A stretch of DNA of 64,000 nt from an uncultured Desulfatiglans sp. GTDB taxonomy: Bacteria; Desulfobacterota; DSM-4660; Desulfatiglandales; HGW-15. The notes under the pieces were generated by a model, which saw only the letters and a program-made list of their open reading frames with translations, made no database searches and was not told the origin of the DNA. The stretch covers positions 192 to 64,191 of the forward strand of contig CAYWRH010000006.1 of assembly GCA_964460435.1 (NCBI GenBank), read 5' to 3'. Positions 8,905-19,970 of the stretch are shown here, in pieces (positions within the stretch are counted from its first letter, which is position 1; each line of letters starts with the position of its first letter). Position numbers and translations under genes: made by a program.

Positions 8905-9113
8905 AAGATATCTCCAAAAGCCATTTATCTAAAATGGCAACATTGCCAGCATCGCTAAATGGCATGATCAAAAGAAAAAAGTATGGCTTTTTGTTTAAAA
9001 TCAGGTAAGGCCCTTTTTGTATTACCACTAAATACATAAAACAGGCAAAATCTTTTTTCTTTTCATCTTTTTTTTACATTACTGCATCTAATCAGCATGA
9101 ATTTCGAATTTAT

Positions 9114-9142
9114 TTGACAAAACAGGCCCCATTCATTAATTT
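9114..9142 (+). promoter_or_regulatory. candidate sigma-70 promoter for the aldo/keto reductase gene
   Basis: TTGACA (9114-9119), a 17-nt spacer, then TAATTT (9137-9142), about 30 nt upstream of the ATG at 9173. Confidence 0.3.
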
Positions 9143-9172
9143 TTCTCCTGAATTTATTAAGGGAGTTCTCAA

Positions 9173-10378
9173 ATGCTATACAGAAAAATAGGCAGTACAG
9201 GATATGAGGCATCAATCTTGAGCATGGGATGCATGAGGCTCCCAATGCTTGAACAGAAGAATCCCCCGAAAGATTTTATAGAAAGACAGAGGGCTGTAGA
9301 CGAGGAAAAGGCCCTTGACCTTATCAAATATGCCATAGGGCATGGAATAAATTACTTTGACTCTGCATACATGTATCATGCAGGAAACAGCGAGCTCATA
9401 CTTGGCAAAGCAATAAAGGGCAGTAGGGATAAACTTATTATCACCACAAAATCGCCTGTCATGATGATCCAGAAGCATGATGATTTTGACCGTATTCTGG
9501 ATGAACAGCTAAAAAGGCTGGACACAGACCATCTTGATTTTTATCTCCTGCATGGCCTTGTAAAAGAGACATGGGAAAAGGCAAAGGGGCTTAAGGTCTT
9601 TGACTTCCTTGACAGGATGCAGAGGGATGGCAGGGTAAGGCATGCGGGTTTTTCATTTCACGATACACTTAATACCTTCAGGGAGATAATAGATGCCTAC
9701 CCCTGGGCAGCTTGCCAGATCCAGTATAATTTTTTTGATGAAAACTATCAGGCAGGCAAAGAGGGTTTGAGGTACGCAGCATCAAAGGGTATTGGCGTTA
9801 TAGTGATGGAACCCCTGAGGGGCGGCAGGTTTACACAGAGGATACCTGAGACGATTCAGCAAATATGGGACAGGGCAGAGATTAAACGCAGCCCGGCAGA
9901 GTGGGGGCTCAAGTGGGTGGCAAATCACCCGGAGGTATCTGTAATATTAAGCGGCATGACCACAATGGAGCAGCTCAAGGAAAATATCAGGGTTGCTGAT
10001 GAGTTCAAGCCGGATAGCCTTACCCAAAAGGAGCTTGGGATTATAGAGAGGGTGGTTAAGGCCTATAAAGATATTATGGCTGTAGGCTGTACAGGCTGCA
10101 ACTACTGCATGCCCTGCCCAAATGGCGTTAATATCCCCATGATATTTTCCCTGTACAATGATGTTGTAATGTTCAAGGATGATATGCCTGTCATAATGTA
10201 TAATACAATGGTCCCGCCGGACCAGAATGCCGCAAACTGTATTGAATGTGGTAAGTGCGAAGAGAAATGTCCGCAGCATATAGAGATTATCAGCAGCCTT
10301 AAAGATGCCCAAAGGGCGCTTTATGACGAGGAGTGGCAACCGAAGAGGAATAATAAACAGAACGAAAGAACAGAATAA
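9173..10378 (+). CDS. aldo/keto reductase with C-terminal 4Fe-4S ferredoxin-type domain
   Basis: 401 aa with an AKR-like N-terminus (YRKIGSTGYEASILSMGCMRLP). Two C-terminal Cys clusters: CTGCNYCMPCP and CIECGKCEEKCP. Confidence 0.8.
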   Translation: MLYRKIGSTGYEASILSMGCMRLPMLEQKNPPKDFIERQRAVDEEKALDLIKYAIGHGINYFDSAYMYHAGNSELILGKAIKGSRDKLIITTKSPVMMIQKHDDFDRILDEQLKRLDTDHLDFYLLHGLVKETWEKAKGLKVFDFLDRMQRDGRVRHAGFSFHDTLNTFREIIDAYPWAACQIQYNFFDENYQAGKEGLRYAASKGIGVIVMEPLRGGRFTQRIPETIQQIWDRAEIKRSPAEWGLKWVANHPEVSVILSGMTTMEQLKENIRVADEFKPDSLTQKELGIIERVVKAYKDIMAVGCTGCNYCMPCPNGVNIPMIFSLYNDVVMFKDDMPVIMYNTMVPPDQNAANCIECGKCEEKCPQHIEIISSLKDAQRALYDEEWQPKRNNKQNERTE

Positions 10379-10405
10379 TCTTTTTTATTTCAGGAGGCTA
10401 GATTT

Positions 10406-10996
10406 ATGGAAAGACGTGATTTTATCAAGGCAGGAGTAATTGGATTAGGTGCAATAGCAATAGCAGACAAGGCAGCAGCCCTTGAATTTTACCCCAAAAA
10501 GTCGGACAAAAAATGGGCTGTTATATACAGCACATGGTGCGGTTCAAGCCGTGACGCTGGTGTATGGATATCAGAGGGTATGGGCGGCATAGCGGATGTA
10601 TTTGATGTGCGTGAAAACCCTGACCCCTCTAAATATGACCATATAGTTGTGGGCGGCTCTATCAGATCGGGTAAGGTATCTCAGGAGATGCAGGATTACC
10701 TGGCAAAAAATAAGGAGACTTTAAAAGAGAGGATCAGGGGTTTCTTCTGCGTACAGGGCAACATGAAAAAACCTACAGGGCCTGAAAATGTAAAACAGCT
10801 TATTGATGGCCACCTTTCAGTTATGACCGGGGTCACCGGCGTTCCTGGCAGATGTTTTAACGGGAGGATAACCTTAAGCCTGCTTGAGCCGAAGGAATTC
10901 AAGATGATGAGTGAAATGGGCATGCAGGATTATGATCTTATGAAGAGGAGCGATTTTATGGAGTTTGGCAAGGAGATACTTGCCTCTGTAAAATAG
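10406..10996 (+). CDS. flavodoxin-like protein with twin-arginine (Tat) signal peptide
   Basis: N-terminus MERRDFIKAGVIGLGAIAIADKAAA is a Tat-type signal. The flavodoxin-like core includes KWAVIYSTWCGSS and VVGGSIRSGK. Confidence 0.55.
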   Translation: MERRDFIKAGVIGLGAIAIADKAAALEFYPKKSDKKWAVIYSTWCGSSRDAGVWISEGMGGIADVFDVRENPDPSKYDHIVVGGSIRSGKVSQEMQDYLAKNKETLKERIRGFFCVQGNMKKPTGPENVKQLIDGHLSVMTGVTGVPGRCFNGRITLSLLEPKEFKMMSEMGMQDYDLMKRSDFMEFGKEILASVK

Positions 10997-11069
10997 TGTT
11001 AACATTTTGGGGGCACAGTTATCCTTGGCCTAAGGCTATGGCGGTCAAGAGCGGAGTGCCCCTTCTACA

Positions 11070-12665
11070 TTATCTTTTTCTATTTATCAACCTTGTCAAA
11101 ATACCCACCTCATTGCACCTGAATATCCATGACGCAATGAGATAGATAAAAATCCCCACTATTACCATTGACATTACCTGTAGAATTAGAACCAGCTTAC
11201 CGGGGTTTGTTGTACTGGAAAACAGATTCATATTGAGCAATATAACCGAGGCGCTCATTACTGCTGTTGCAGCAAATATCTTTGATATTGAGAGAAGCAC
11301 TGGCATAAGACTCCATTGAGGCATCTTTTTTTTAAGAAAAAATACCAGCAATGTAAAATTTATAGCAGAGGATATTGAAAGGGCCAGTGCCAGGCCATTA
11401 TGCTTCATAGGTGACATCAATAACAGACCTGATACAAGATATGCTATAAACGTAACAACCGATATCTTTGCAGGCGTGCAGGTATCCTGCAGCGCATAAA
11501 AGGCAGAAACAATAACCCTGACACCCGAAAAGGCCCATAGCCCTACTGAGTAATAGACAAGGGCGCTTGCGGTCATATCGGTTGAAATTGCATCAAAGGC
11601 CCCATGTTGAAAAAAAAGCCGGATAATCGGTTTTCCTAAAATAATGAGGCCTGCCATTGAAGGGAGGGCCTCAAAAAATGTAATTTTGAGGGCATGATCA
11701 AGGGTGTCTATAAAGGCCCTGTTATCCTTTTCAACTGCATTTCTGGACAGTGATGGCAAAGAGGCGGTACTGATGGCAATCGCAAAAATACCAAGCGGAA
11801 GTTCAACAAGCCTGTCTGCATAATTAAGCCATGCAATGCTGCCGCCCGGAAGTAATGATGAGAGAAGTGTACCGGCCATCTGATTGAACTGATAAATCGC
11901 TGACCCGAACAGGGCCGGCAGAATAAGCAGCCCTATCCTCTTTACAGCAGGATGACCAGGCTTCCAGAGGGGCTTTAACGAAACTCCATATTTATATAAC
12001 CATGGAATCTGGAGCAGCACCTGGAGTATGCCGCCAATTAATATGCCTATTGTTGGACCGGCTACAGGTACTGAAAGATAAGGAGATATCAGACAGGCGC
12101 CTCCAATAATACCAAGGTTCAGGAATATGGGTGAAGCTGCGGGCGCTGCAAAGTGCTTTAGACTGTTCAAGATACCCATAAATAATGCAACAAGGCTCAC
12201 AAGAAAGACATAAGGGAATGTTATTCTGGTAAGAAGCACAGCTAGTTCATACCTTGGGCCTTCACTGCCAAAACCATAGGCCATAATCCTTACTATCCAG
12301 GGCGAAAACAGGATGCCTGCAATGGTGATTATTACAAGGATAATGGAGAGAAGGGTAAAAATGACCCTTGCGAGTTCAAAGGCCTCCTCTTTTGACCTTG
12401 TTTTCAGGTACTCGGTAAAGACCGGTATAAAGGCAATAGTCATATTACCTTCGGCTGTAAACCTGCGGAGCATGTTGGGGATTCTGAATGCCACAATAAA
12501 GGCATCAGCAGAGATGGTGGCCCCGAAAAAGGATGCTATAACCATGTCCCTTATAAGGCCAAGCACCCTGCTTATCATTGTAAAAAAGGAGACAACGCCG
12601 GCAGCGCGCCCCATATGGCTTTTTTCCATGTTATCTGTTTTTTTTATTAATCTATTTATTTCCAT
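11070..12665 (-). CDS. murJ: lipid II flippase MurJ
   Basis: 531 aa and polytopic. MurJ N-terminal signature SRVLGLIRDMVIASFFGA...ADAFIVAFRIPNMLRRFTAEG. The true start may be an internal Met. Confidence 0.88.
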   Translation of the reverse strand: MEINRLIKKTDNMEKSHMGRAAGVVSFFTMISRVLGLIRDMVIASFFGATISADAFIVAFRIPNMLRRFTAEGNMTIAFIPVFTEYLKTRSKEEAFELARVIFTLLSIILVIITIAGILFSPWIVRIMAYGFGSEGPRYELAVLLTRITFPYVFLVSLVALFMGILNSLKHFAAPAASPIFLNLGIIGGACLISPYLSVPVAGPTIGILIGGILQVLLQIPWLYKYGVSLKPLWKPGHPAVKRIGLLILPALFGSAIYQFNQMAGTLLSSLLPGGSIAWLNYADRLVELPLGIFAIAISTASLPSLSRNAVEKDNRAFIDTLDHALKITFFEALPSMAGLIILGKPIIRLFFQHGAFDAISTDMTASALVYYSVGLWAFSGVRVIVSAFYALQDTCTPAKISVVTFIAYLVSGLLLMSPMKHNGLALALSISSAINFTLLVFFLKKKMPQWSLMPVLLSISKIFAATAVMSASVILLNMNLFSSTTNPGKLVLILQVMSMVIVGIFIYLIASWIFRCNEVGILTRLINRKR

Positions 12666-12673
12666 TTTTTATC

Positions 12674-12702
12674 TTGACAGCAATACTCTATTTAATTAAA
12701 AA
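12674..12702 (+). promoter_or_regulatory. candidate sigma-70 promoter for rpsT
   Basis: TTGACA (12674-12679), a 17-nt spacer, then TAAAAA (12697-12702), about 38 nt before the rpsT TTG start. Confidence 0.3.
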
Positions 12703-12739
12703 AGAATGTTTAAAAATCTTAACAACAGGAGTGTTTAAT

Positions 12740-13009
12740 TTGGCAAATCATAAATCAGCCCTCAAAAGGGCAAAACAGAGTGAAAACAGAAGACTCAGGA
12801 ACATGGGCTATAAAACCCGTTCCAAGAATATCGTAAAAGAGGTCCGGGAAGCAGCCGCTGAAAACAACAAGGAAAAAGCTGTTGCAGCGCTTAGAAAAGC
12901 TACTGTAATTATTCAAAAAAGCGCCTCCAAAGGTGTGTTTCATAAGAAAAAAGCTTCCCGTAAGATATCCCGTCTTGCACGTCAGATTAACCAGATTTCT
13001 GCATCCTGA
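12740..13009 (+). CDS. rpsT: 30S ribosomal protein S20
   Basis: ANHKSALKRAKQSENRRLRN is the canonical S20 N-terminus. TTG at 12740 is preceded by AGGAG. The longer ORF from 12674 is unlikely to be used. Confidence 0.9.
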   Translation: MANHKSALKRAKQSENRRLRNMGYKTRSKNIVKEVREAAAENNKEKAVAALRKATVIIQKSASKGVFHKKKASRKISRLARQINQISAS

Positions 13010-14017
13010 TCAGTTTTTTACAAGAGACAGAAACAGGTTCTCGAGAACAGGCCTTGGCCTTGAGCCCGACTTGAGCAACCTGTCTGTTTCATAAAGCAAA
13101 GAAATCCCCTTTTTCAGCCCTTTGACGCTCCAGTGCCTTGCCTGTTTTACAAGCTTTTCTGCTGAAAAGGGTGCGATCCCCAGTTTTGACGCTATTTCAC
13201 CTGCCCCTTTACCCTCTGAGGCCAGTATACTTGCCTGCCATAACAAACCTATCTGCCTGTTAAGCATCCCTATGATCTGCAGAGGAGCGGCCTTTTTATC
13301 CTCCTCGTCAAGAAACCTTGATAATGCAGAAAGGAGCTCGGCTGTCCTTTTTTCAGACAGTGCATCCATCAGCTCAAAAATGGTGTACATCCTGCTGTTA
13401 ATGGCAAGCTCCTTTACATCAGACTCATTTACCTTTTTATCTCCGAATGAAATTTTTAATTTTTCAAGCTCGCCATATATTTTTCTTAAGCCCCCGCCTG
13501 TTATATCCTGTAAAAATGCGCATGCATCGCGGTCAATGTTGAGCCCCATATCACGGGCGGTTGCCTGTATCCAGGGGATCACCTGAAAATTCTTCAGCTC
13601 GCTGAAGTTTACTGCAAGCCCAGCGCCCCTGATGGTCTTGTAGAATTTATTTTTAAAATCGGTCTTTTCAGAGAGAAATATTAGGCAGGTCGAATCTACA
13701 GGTTTTTCCAGGTAGGGGACAAATTTATTGAGCTGTTCTGCCCTGTATGCATCTGTTCGTTTAAGGATTATCAGCCGGTTTGATGACAAAAATGGGACTG
13801 ACTGCGCCCTGTTTATTACATCTGAAGGGTTAACCTCTCCGCCATAACAGATCTCCACGTTGAAATCCCTTGCATTTTCAGGGATGTATCTCTCACGGAT
13901 ATTATCAATCAGTTTTTCAATAAGAAATTCATTAGGCCCGTAAAAGAGGTAGAATGGGGCAAGCTTGCCCTTTTTAAGCGCAAGAGTCACATCCTCTGGT
14001 TGAAGATCATTTGCCAT
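13010..14017 (-). CDS. holA: DNA polymerase III delta subunit
   Basis: 335 aa with the N-terminal LAPFYLFYGPNEFLIEK pattern. Conserved leuS-lptE-holA synteny. Confidence 0.8.
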   Translation of the reverse strand: MANDLQPEDVTLALKKGKLAPFYLFYGPNEFLIEKLIDNIRERYIPENARDFNVEICYGGEVNPSDVINRAQSVPFLSSNRLIILKRTDAYRAEQLNKFVPYLEKPVDSTCLIFLSEKTDFKNKFYKTIRGAGLAVNFSELKNFQVIPWIQATARDMGLNIDRDACAFLQDITGGGLRKIYGELEKLKISFGDKKVNESDVKELAINSRMYTIFELMDALSEKRTAELLSALSRFLDEEDKKAAPLQIIGMLNRQIGLLWQASILASEGKGAGEIASKLGIAPFSAEKLVKQARHWSVKGLKKGISLLYETDRLLKSGSRPRPVLENLFLSLVKN

Positions 14018-14574
14018 CAGAATCTTTCCATAGTCATGTTAAATATTCTGCCTGATACAATCCTTGCGATCTTTAGCAATGCATCCCTCTCACGATTCCG
14101 GTTGATCAAGGGGTCTGAGGTAATATCAAAACCAGCCTCCTCTGTTATGGAGGGTTCGCTCCATACAGTCTCACCGGTTGATCTGTTGACAAGGCTTGCA
14201 GAAAGATGCAGCGTCAGGCGTCTTGCGCCTGTTGTTTCATGAAAAATCTCCCGGCCCGAGATCTCTTGTTTTGTTGTATCATAGGTCAAGGGCTGGGTCA
14301 TAATCTCGTATACCTCAACATTAAGTATCATCTGCGCACTGTTTTTGTCCTTAACAGGCGCCCTGCCGCGGCTTATGAACTCGTTTCTCAGGACTGTTGT
14401 AAAGTCCGCCTCAAAACCCTTTATAGAGGCAGCGCTTTCTATCATGGGTATGGCAATACTTGTGAGCTCAATGCCAACAGGCTCTCCCTCTGCCCTGAAC
14501 CTGTAACCGCATGCGGCAAGGCATAGAGCCATTATCAGCATCAGACAGGCGCATGCAACCCTTGAAATATACAT
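14017..14574 (-). CDS. lptE: LPS-assembly lipoprotein LptE
   Basis: 185 aa. Lipobox LAACGYRF. Lies between leuS and holA as in other proteobacteria. Confidence 0.7.
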   Translation of the reverse strand: MYISRVACACLMLIMALCLAACGYRFRAEGEPVGIELTSIAIPMIESAASIKGFEADFTTVLRNEFISRGRAPVKDKNSAQMILNVEVYEIMTQPLTYDTTKQEISGREIFHETTGARRLTLHLSASLVNRSTGETVWSEPSITEEAGFDITSDPLINRNRERDALLKIARIVSGRIFNMTMERF

Positions 14575-14585
14575 CCAGAGCCTTC

Positions 14586-17159
14586 CTATATCACTATATT
14601 AACGAGTTTCTGCTGTACAACAAAAGTCTTTCTGATCTTCTTATCGCCGATAAAGCCTTTGACCTTTTCATCCTGGAGCGCCTTCTCCTCAATCTCTTTA
14701 TCAGAAAGTGAGGCAGAGACCTCTATCTTGCTCCTGACCTTGCCGTTAACCTGCACAACAACAAGTTTTTTATCCTTCTCAAGGGCGCCTTCATTGTACC
14801 CTGGCCAGCCCTCATCAAGAAGAAAACCCTCATGACCCAGCATGTGCCAGAGTTCTTCTGTTATGTGGGGCACAACCGGAGAAAGCAGAATAACTGTCTT
14901 TTCAGCAGCATCCCTTATTACAGACCATGAGCTTTCATCAATCTCATTTACATCATTCATATATCTGTAGACTTCATTGATAAGCTCCATTACAGCGCTT
15001 ATGGCAGTGTTAAAGTGGAACCTGTCTTCAATATCGTTTGTGACCCTTTTTACTGTTTCATGTATCTTCCGGTTAAGCGCCTTAAGCTCTCCGGTCAGTT
15101 TTTCTTCATCCACCCGCGGGGTGTTTTTAAGCTTATCCAGATTATCATCCACAAGTCTCCAAACACGGTTAAGGAACCTGTATGCGCCCTCCACTCCCTG
15201 ATCGCTCCATTCAAGGTCACGTTCGGGCGGGGAAGCAAATAGGCAGAACATGCGCACCGTATCGGCCCCGTATGTATCAACAAGACGGGCAGGATCAACA
15301 ACATTCTTTTTTGACTTTGACATCTTGAGACTTCTGCCCCTTATCACCTGCGCTCCGCACTTTGTGCATCTGTCATCCTTTACCTCATCCGGGAAGAGGT
15401 AGCCGTGCTCAGGACACTCCTCTGTCTCCTTGCACACCATGCCCTGTGTCAGGAGGTTTTTAAATGGCTCATCCACATGGAGATACCCAAGGTCCTTTAA
15501 GACACGGCTATAAAACCTTGAGTATAAAAGATGCAGGATTGCATGCTCAATGCCGCCTATGTACTGATCCACAGGGAGCCAGTATCTTACACCCTTTTCA
15601 TCAACCGGCGCCTTTTCATAATGAGGGTTTGTATATCTGGCAAAATACCATGATGACTCCACAAATGTATCCATGGTGTCTGTTTCACGCCTCGCCATGC
15701 CGTTACATCTGGGGCACCTTGTTTCATAAAAATCAGGTTCAAACGGAAGAGGAGAACCTCCGCCCTGTCTCAGCTCCTTATCAATGGGAAGCCTGACAGG
15801 CAGATCCTTTTCATCAACAGGGACAATACCGCACTTATCGCAGTACAGCATTGGTATGGGTGCGCCCCAGTATCTCTGCCTTGAGATATTCCAGTCTCTG
15901 ATCCTGAAATTTACTGTTCTGCTGCCCATGCCCTCTGATTCGAGATACAGGGATATCTCCTCTATGGCCTTAAGGTTAGTTAACCCATTGAACCTGCCTG
16001 AATTAACAAGGATACCCTGCCCTTCATAGGCCTTTGTCATAGTATCCGCATCAAGCATGGAGTCAGCGGGGCTTATTACCACCCTCTTTTTAAGATTGTA
16101 TTTCTTCGCAAACTCAAAATCACGCTGGTCATGGGTCGGCACGCACATGATAGCGCCGGTGCCATAATCGGCAAGCACAAAATTTCCTACAAATATGGGT
16201 ATCCTTTCCTTAGTAAGGGGATTAATTGCATACCTGCCTGTAAATATCCCCTCCTTTTCGGTAAACTCGGCAGTTCGGATAAAACCCGCTATCTTCATGT
16301 TGCGCTCTATAAAGGCAAGCACATCCTTTTCCTGGGCTGTCCCCCTTATCATATCCTTAAGCATCAGGTGCTCAGGGGCAAAGCACATGAATGTCACGCC
16401 ATAAACCGTATCAGGCCTCGTGGTGAAGACATCTATGACCTGGTCAGAATCAGCAAGCGGGAACTTTATTATTGCGCCATAGCTTTTTCCTATCCAGTTC
16501 TTCTGCATGGTGATAACACGCTCGGGCCACCCTGTGAGGCTATCGCATTTTTCAAGTATATCCTCTGCATAATCGGTGATCTTGAAGTACCAGCTGTCCA
16601 TCTCTTTTATGGTTACTTCCCTGTTTGTATGGCGCCAGCAGCAGCCGTCCTCAACCTGTTCCTTTGCAAGCACTGTCTGACACAGGTCACACCAGTTGAC
16701 ATTTGTTCTCTTCTTGTATGCCAGCCCCTTTTCAAACATCTTTATAAAAACAAGCTGCTCCCATTTGTAATAGTCAGGGTCACAGGTGGCGATTTCACGT
16801 TTCCAGTCATAGCTGAAGCCCATCATCTTGAGCTGACCCTTCATGTGGTCAATATTGGCATATGTCCATCTGGCCGGGTGGGTATTATTATCAATCGCTG
16901 CATTTTCAGCGGGAAGGCCAAAGGCATCCCACCCCATGGGATGAAGCACATTCTTGCCTCTCATCCTCTTGTATCTGGCTATGACATCCCCTATTGTGTA
17001 GTTTCGCACATGACCCATATGTATTTTTCCCGACGGGTATGGGAACATCTCCAGAAGATAATATTTCTCACGATCCGGCTCCTCTTTTACCTCAAAAAGG
17101 GCTGCCTTATCCCAGATATCCTGCCATTTCTTTTCTATTGTTCCGGGGCTGTATTTCAC
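14586..17159 (-). CDS. leuS: leucyl-tRNA synthetase
   Basis: 857 aa. HIGH-type motif (HMGHVRNY) and KMSKS motif (LKMSKSKKN). Confidence 0.97.
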   Translation of the reverse strand: MKYSPGTIEKKWQDIWDKAALFEVKEEPDREKYYLLEMFPYPSGKIHMGHVRNYTIGDVIARYKRMRGKNVLHPMGWDAFGLPAENAAIDNNTHPARWTYANIDHMKGQLKMMGFSYDWKREIATCDPDYYKWEQLVFIKMFEKGLAYKKRTNVNWCDLCQTVLAKEQVEDGCCWRHTNREVTIKEMDSWYFKITDYAEDILEKCDSLTGWPERVITMQKNWIGKSYGAIIKFPLADSDQVIDVFTTRPDTVYGVTFMCFAPEHLMLKDMIRGTAQEKDVLAFIERNMKIAGFIRTAEFTEKEGIFTGRYAINPLTKERIPIFVGNFVLADYGTGAIMCVPTHDQRDFEFAKKYNLKKRVVISPADSMLDADTMTKAYEGQGILVNSGRFNGLTNLKAIEEISLYLESEGMGSRTVNFRIRDWNISRQRYWGAPIPMLYCDKCGIVPVDEKDLPVRLPIDKELRQGGGSPLPFEPDFYETRCPRCNGMARRETDTMDTFVESSWYFARYTNPHYEKAPVDEKGVRYWLPVDQYIGGIEHAILHLLYSRFYSRVLKDLGYLHVDEPFKNLLTQGMVCKETEECPEHGYLFPDEVKDDRCTKCGAQVIRGRSLKMSKSKKNVVDPARLVDTYGADTVRMFCLFASPPERDLEWSDQGVEGAYRFLNRVWRLVDDNLDKLKNTPRVDEEKLTGELKALNRKIHETVKRVTNDIEDRFHFNTAISAVMELINEVYRYMNDVNEIDESSWSVIRDAAEKTVILLSPVVPHITEELWHMLGHEGFLLDEGWPGYNEGALEKDKKLVVVQVNGKVRSKIEVSASLSDKEIEEKALQDEKVKGFIGDKKIRKTFVVQQKLVNIVI

Positions 17160-17181
17160 AATCTGCCTCCATCTTTAAATT

Positions 17182-17805
17182 TTATATTAGTATTCCAGCC
17201 GATTGTTCACCTGTTTCCATATCTGTGACCCATGAATATTTATCCAGGATAACTGAAAAATCAGATACAGATGAATATAATTCTCTCAGGCTTCCTGAGA
17301 GGGTTTCGACCTCATCCGCGTGCCCCCTGTCAACCCATACATACATCTTCAACACGGGCACAGGATCATCCTTATATTTATTTAAATAACCATTGGCAAG
17401 GGTTTTTATCACTGTCTCAAGGTGCATCATATATCCCGGCGCAAACCTCTCTGACACAGGGAGATAGAACCCGAATTCATTTATCCCAATTTTTTGCAGC
17501 GTTGAACAGAGGTCTGAAGCCGCTCTTTTCATGACCTCTATCGAGTAGTCTGACTCCTTGCCCATGCCATATATGAGGAGCTTATCAGCCCTGATAGCCT
17601 CCTCTGTTGCAAAAAGCAGCTTATCCCCGCTCTCTCCCGACCAGATGGCCCCATTAATGATAGTGCTTATGCTGCCGGCCATTTTCCTATCCATATTTTT
17701 TACTGCACCGGACAGGCCGTTATTTGTGCTGAATGAAAAGATCACAATTGCCTGGCAAAACAGATCCTCAAGGGGGCGATATGTAAATCTCAGGTCAAGC
17801 CGCAT
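17182..17805 (-). CDS. conserved hypothetical protein (weak resemblance to the N-terminal domain of M17 aminopeptidases)
   Basis: 207-aa ORF filling the leuS-nusB gap on the same strand. No catalytic motif recognised. Confidence 0.5.
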   Translation of the reverse strand: MRLDLRFTYRPLEDLFCQAIVIFSFSTNNGLSGAVKNMDRKMAGSISTIINGAIWSGESGDKLLFATEEAIRADKLLIYGMGKESDYSIEVMKRAASDLCSTLQKIGINEFGFYLPVSERFAPGYMMHLETVIKTLANGYLNKYKDDPVPVLKMYVWVDRGHADEVETLSGSLRELYSSVSDFSVILDKYSWVTDMETGEQSAGILI

Positions 17806-17813
17806 CGTCTTAT

Positions 17814-18236
17814 TTATTTCCGGTTTTTATCCTGCAAATATTTTATATAAATATAATCCAGAACCCCGTTGATAAAGGCGCCTGATTCCTCGGTGCCATA
17901 TTTCTTTCCAAGCTCAACCGCCTCGTCAATGGATACCTTGTAGGGGATACTCTCCATGTAGAGCATCTCATAGATGCTTAGCCTTAATATGCTTCTGTCA
18001 ACCCTGGACATCCTTTCGAGACGCCAGTTTTTAGAGGCCTCCTTTATAAGGCTGTCAATATGGTTCAGATTTTTTGATATACCCTTTACAAGCTCTAACG
18101 AAAATGCCCTTAATGATTCAGGGGCATCAAAATTCTCACATATGAGATCAAAACTCTTTTCCGGATCACCGGGGCTGTATTCCATAAAAAAAAGGACCTG
18201 GGTCACCAGTTCCCTTGCTTTTCTTCTGTTTCCCAT
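17814..18236 (-). CDS. nusB: transcription antitermination factor NusB
   Basis: 140 aa. RRKARELVTQVLF N-terminus. Position downstream of ribH is the classic ribH-nusB pairing. Confidence 0.9.
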   Translation of the reverse strand: MGNRRKARELVTQVLFFMEYSPGDPEKSFDLICENFDAPESLRAFSLELVKGISKNLNHIDSLIKEASKNWRLERMSRVDRSILRLSIYEMLYMESIPYKVSIDEAVELGKKYGTEESGAFINGVLDYIYIKYLQDKNRK

Positions 18237-18271
18237 TCTATAAATCTGTTTATACCTGCCGCCCTGAACGG

Positions 18272-18739
18272 CTACTTCATGTTTTTGAAAAGGCTTGCCA
18301 TCTCCATAGCGGCCATTGCTGCATCCCAGCCCTTGTTCCCGGATTTTGACCCTGCCCGTTCAATAGCCTGTTCAAGGTTATCAGTGGTGAGCACCCCGAA
18401 GGTTACCGGAACAGCACTTTCAAGAGACACAACTGCAATCCCCTTTGCCACCTCTGAGGCCACATAATCAAAATGGGGAGTAGCGCCCCTGATCACAGCG
18501 CCCAGGCATATTATGGCGTCATAACCGCCTTTTGTAGCTAGCCTTTTTGCGGCAATGGGGATTTCAAAGGCGCCTGGAACCTTCACAAGGGTAATGTGAT
18601 CTTCAATTGCTCCGTGCCTCTTCAGGGCATCAAGCGCTCCTTCAACAAGCTTTGAACTTATAAAGTCATTAAACCTGCTAACTACAATAGCAAACCGGAA
18701 ACCCTCCGCAGATATGATCCCTTCAATGATTTTTGGCAT
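18272..18739 (-). CDS. ribH: 6,7-dimethyl-8-ribityllumazine synthase
   Basis: 155 aa. FAIVVSRFN and VPGAFEIP motifs. Confidence 0.93.
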   Translation of the reverse strand: MPKIIEGIISAEGFRFAIVVSRFNDFISSKLVEGALDALKRHGAIEDHITLVKVPGAFEIPIAAKRLATKGGYDAIICLGAVIRGATPHFDYVASEVAKGIAVVSLESAVPVTFGVLTTDNLEQAIERAGSKSGNKGWDAAMAAMEMASLFKNMK

Positions 18740-18740
18740 C

Positions 18741-19970
18741 TTATTCTCCTGTTGTTTGTTTTTTGTCCTTACCTATCTTCATCATATGACCAAGTTTCTG
18801 GCACTTGGTCAACAGGTATCTTATATTTTCAGGCTTGGGCTCACACTCAATAGGCACCCTGCTCGATACTACCAGCCCGTAGCCCTCAATACCCTTAATC
18901 TTTTTCGGATTGTTTGTCATCATCCTCATCTTTCTAACACCAAGGGCATGAAGCATCTGGGCCCCCACTCCGTAATCACGCAGGTCAGCCTGGAATCCAA
19001 GCTCTTCATTGGCCTCTACGGTGTCACGCCCCTTGTCCTGCAGGGCATATGCCTTAAGCTTGTTGGCCAGCCCTATGCCCCTCCCCTCCTGCTGGAGGTA
19101 AAGGATCACACCAAGACCTTCCTCCTCAATTATCTTCATGGCCTTTGCAAGCTGGGCGCCGCAGTCACACCTGTATGATCCGAACACATCGCCTGTAAGA
19201 CACTGTGAATGCACCCTTACCAGTATCTCCTTGTCAGGGTCTATCTTTCCCTTGACCAGTGCAAGATGTTCATGGGAATCAATATCATTGACAAACCCGT
19301 AAGCCTTGAATTCACCATATGGTGTGGGGAGCACTGTTTCAGCCACGATATGAACAAAGGACTCTGTTCTCATCCTGTAGGCGATTATGTCTGCGATTGT
19401 GGCAATTTTAAGATTATGCCTTTCAGCAAATTCTATGAGATCAGGCATCCTTGCCATTGTGCCGTCATCATTCATGATCTCGCAGATAACACCGGCGGGT
19501 TTAAGGCCTGCAAGCCTCGCAAGGTCAACAGAACCTTCGGTCTGACCGGTCCTGAACAGAACCCCGCCCTTCCTTGCCCTTAAGGGAAATACATGCCCCG
19601 GCTGCACAAGGTCATCTGGCCTTGCATCATCCTTAATCGCTGTTAGAATAGTCTTTGCCCTGTCATGAGCCGATATGCCTGTGGTCACACCCTCTCTAGC
19701 CTCTATTGATACGGTAAAGGCTGTATTAAAGGGCGACCTGTTTTCAGTTACCATCAGGGGGAGTTTCAACTTTTCAACCAGTTGATGGTCAAGTGAAAGG
19801 CATATAAGCCCCCTGCCATATTTTGCCATAAAATTAATCGCCTCAGGGGTAACCTTTTCAGCAGCCATTGTAAGATCACCCTCGTTCTCCCTGTCTTCAT
19901 CATCCACAAGGATTATCATTTTACCGTTTTTAAGGTCTTCTATAACATCTTCAATTCTTGATACTGTCAT
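18741..19970 (-). CDS. ribBA: bifunctional 3,4-dihydroxy-2-butanone-4-phosphate synthase / GTP cyclohydrolase II
   Basis: 409 aa. DHBP synthase half ([11 protein letters not shown]) and GCHII half (CDCG...QEGRGIGL). Confidence 0.93.
   Translation of the reverse strand: MTVSRIEDVIEDLKNGKMIILVDDEDRENEGDLTMAAEKVTPEAINFMAKYGRGLICLSLDHQLVEKLKLPLMVTENRSPFNTAFTVSIEAREGVTTGISAHDRAKTILTAIKDDARPDDLVQPGHVFPLRARKGGVLFRTGQTEGSVDLARLAGLKPAGVICEIMNDDGTMARMPDLIEFAERHNLKIATIADIIAYRMRTESFVHIVAETVLPTPYGEFKAYGFVNDIDSHEHLALVKGKIDPDKEILVRVHSQCLTGDVFGSYRCDCGAQLAKAMKIIEEEGLGVILYLQQEGRGIGLANKLKAYALQDKGRDTVEANEELGFQADLRDYGVGAQMLHALGVRKMRMMTNNPKKIKGIEGYGLVVSSRVPIECEPKPENIRYLLTKCQKLGHMMKIGKDKKQTTGE

Noticed and set aside
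11013-11064. Structured RNA between the flavodoxin-like gene and murJ
   Set aside because: It is just a 7-bp GC stem (ggggcac/gtgcccc) with a long loop between convergent genes. It is most simply a bidirectional terminator-like hairpin, and I could not support it well enough to list as a feature.
16131-17228. 365-aa ORF on the plus strand
   Set aside because: It is entirely antisense to the well-supported leuS gene. Its translation is low-complexity with no motif, so it is a shadow ORF.
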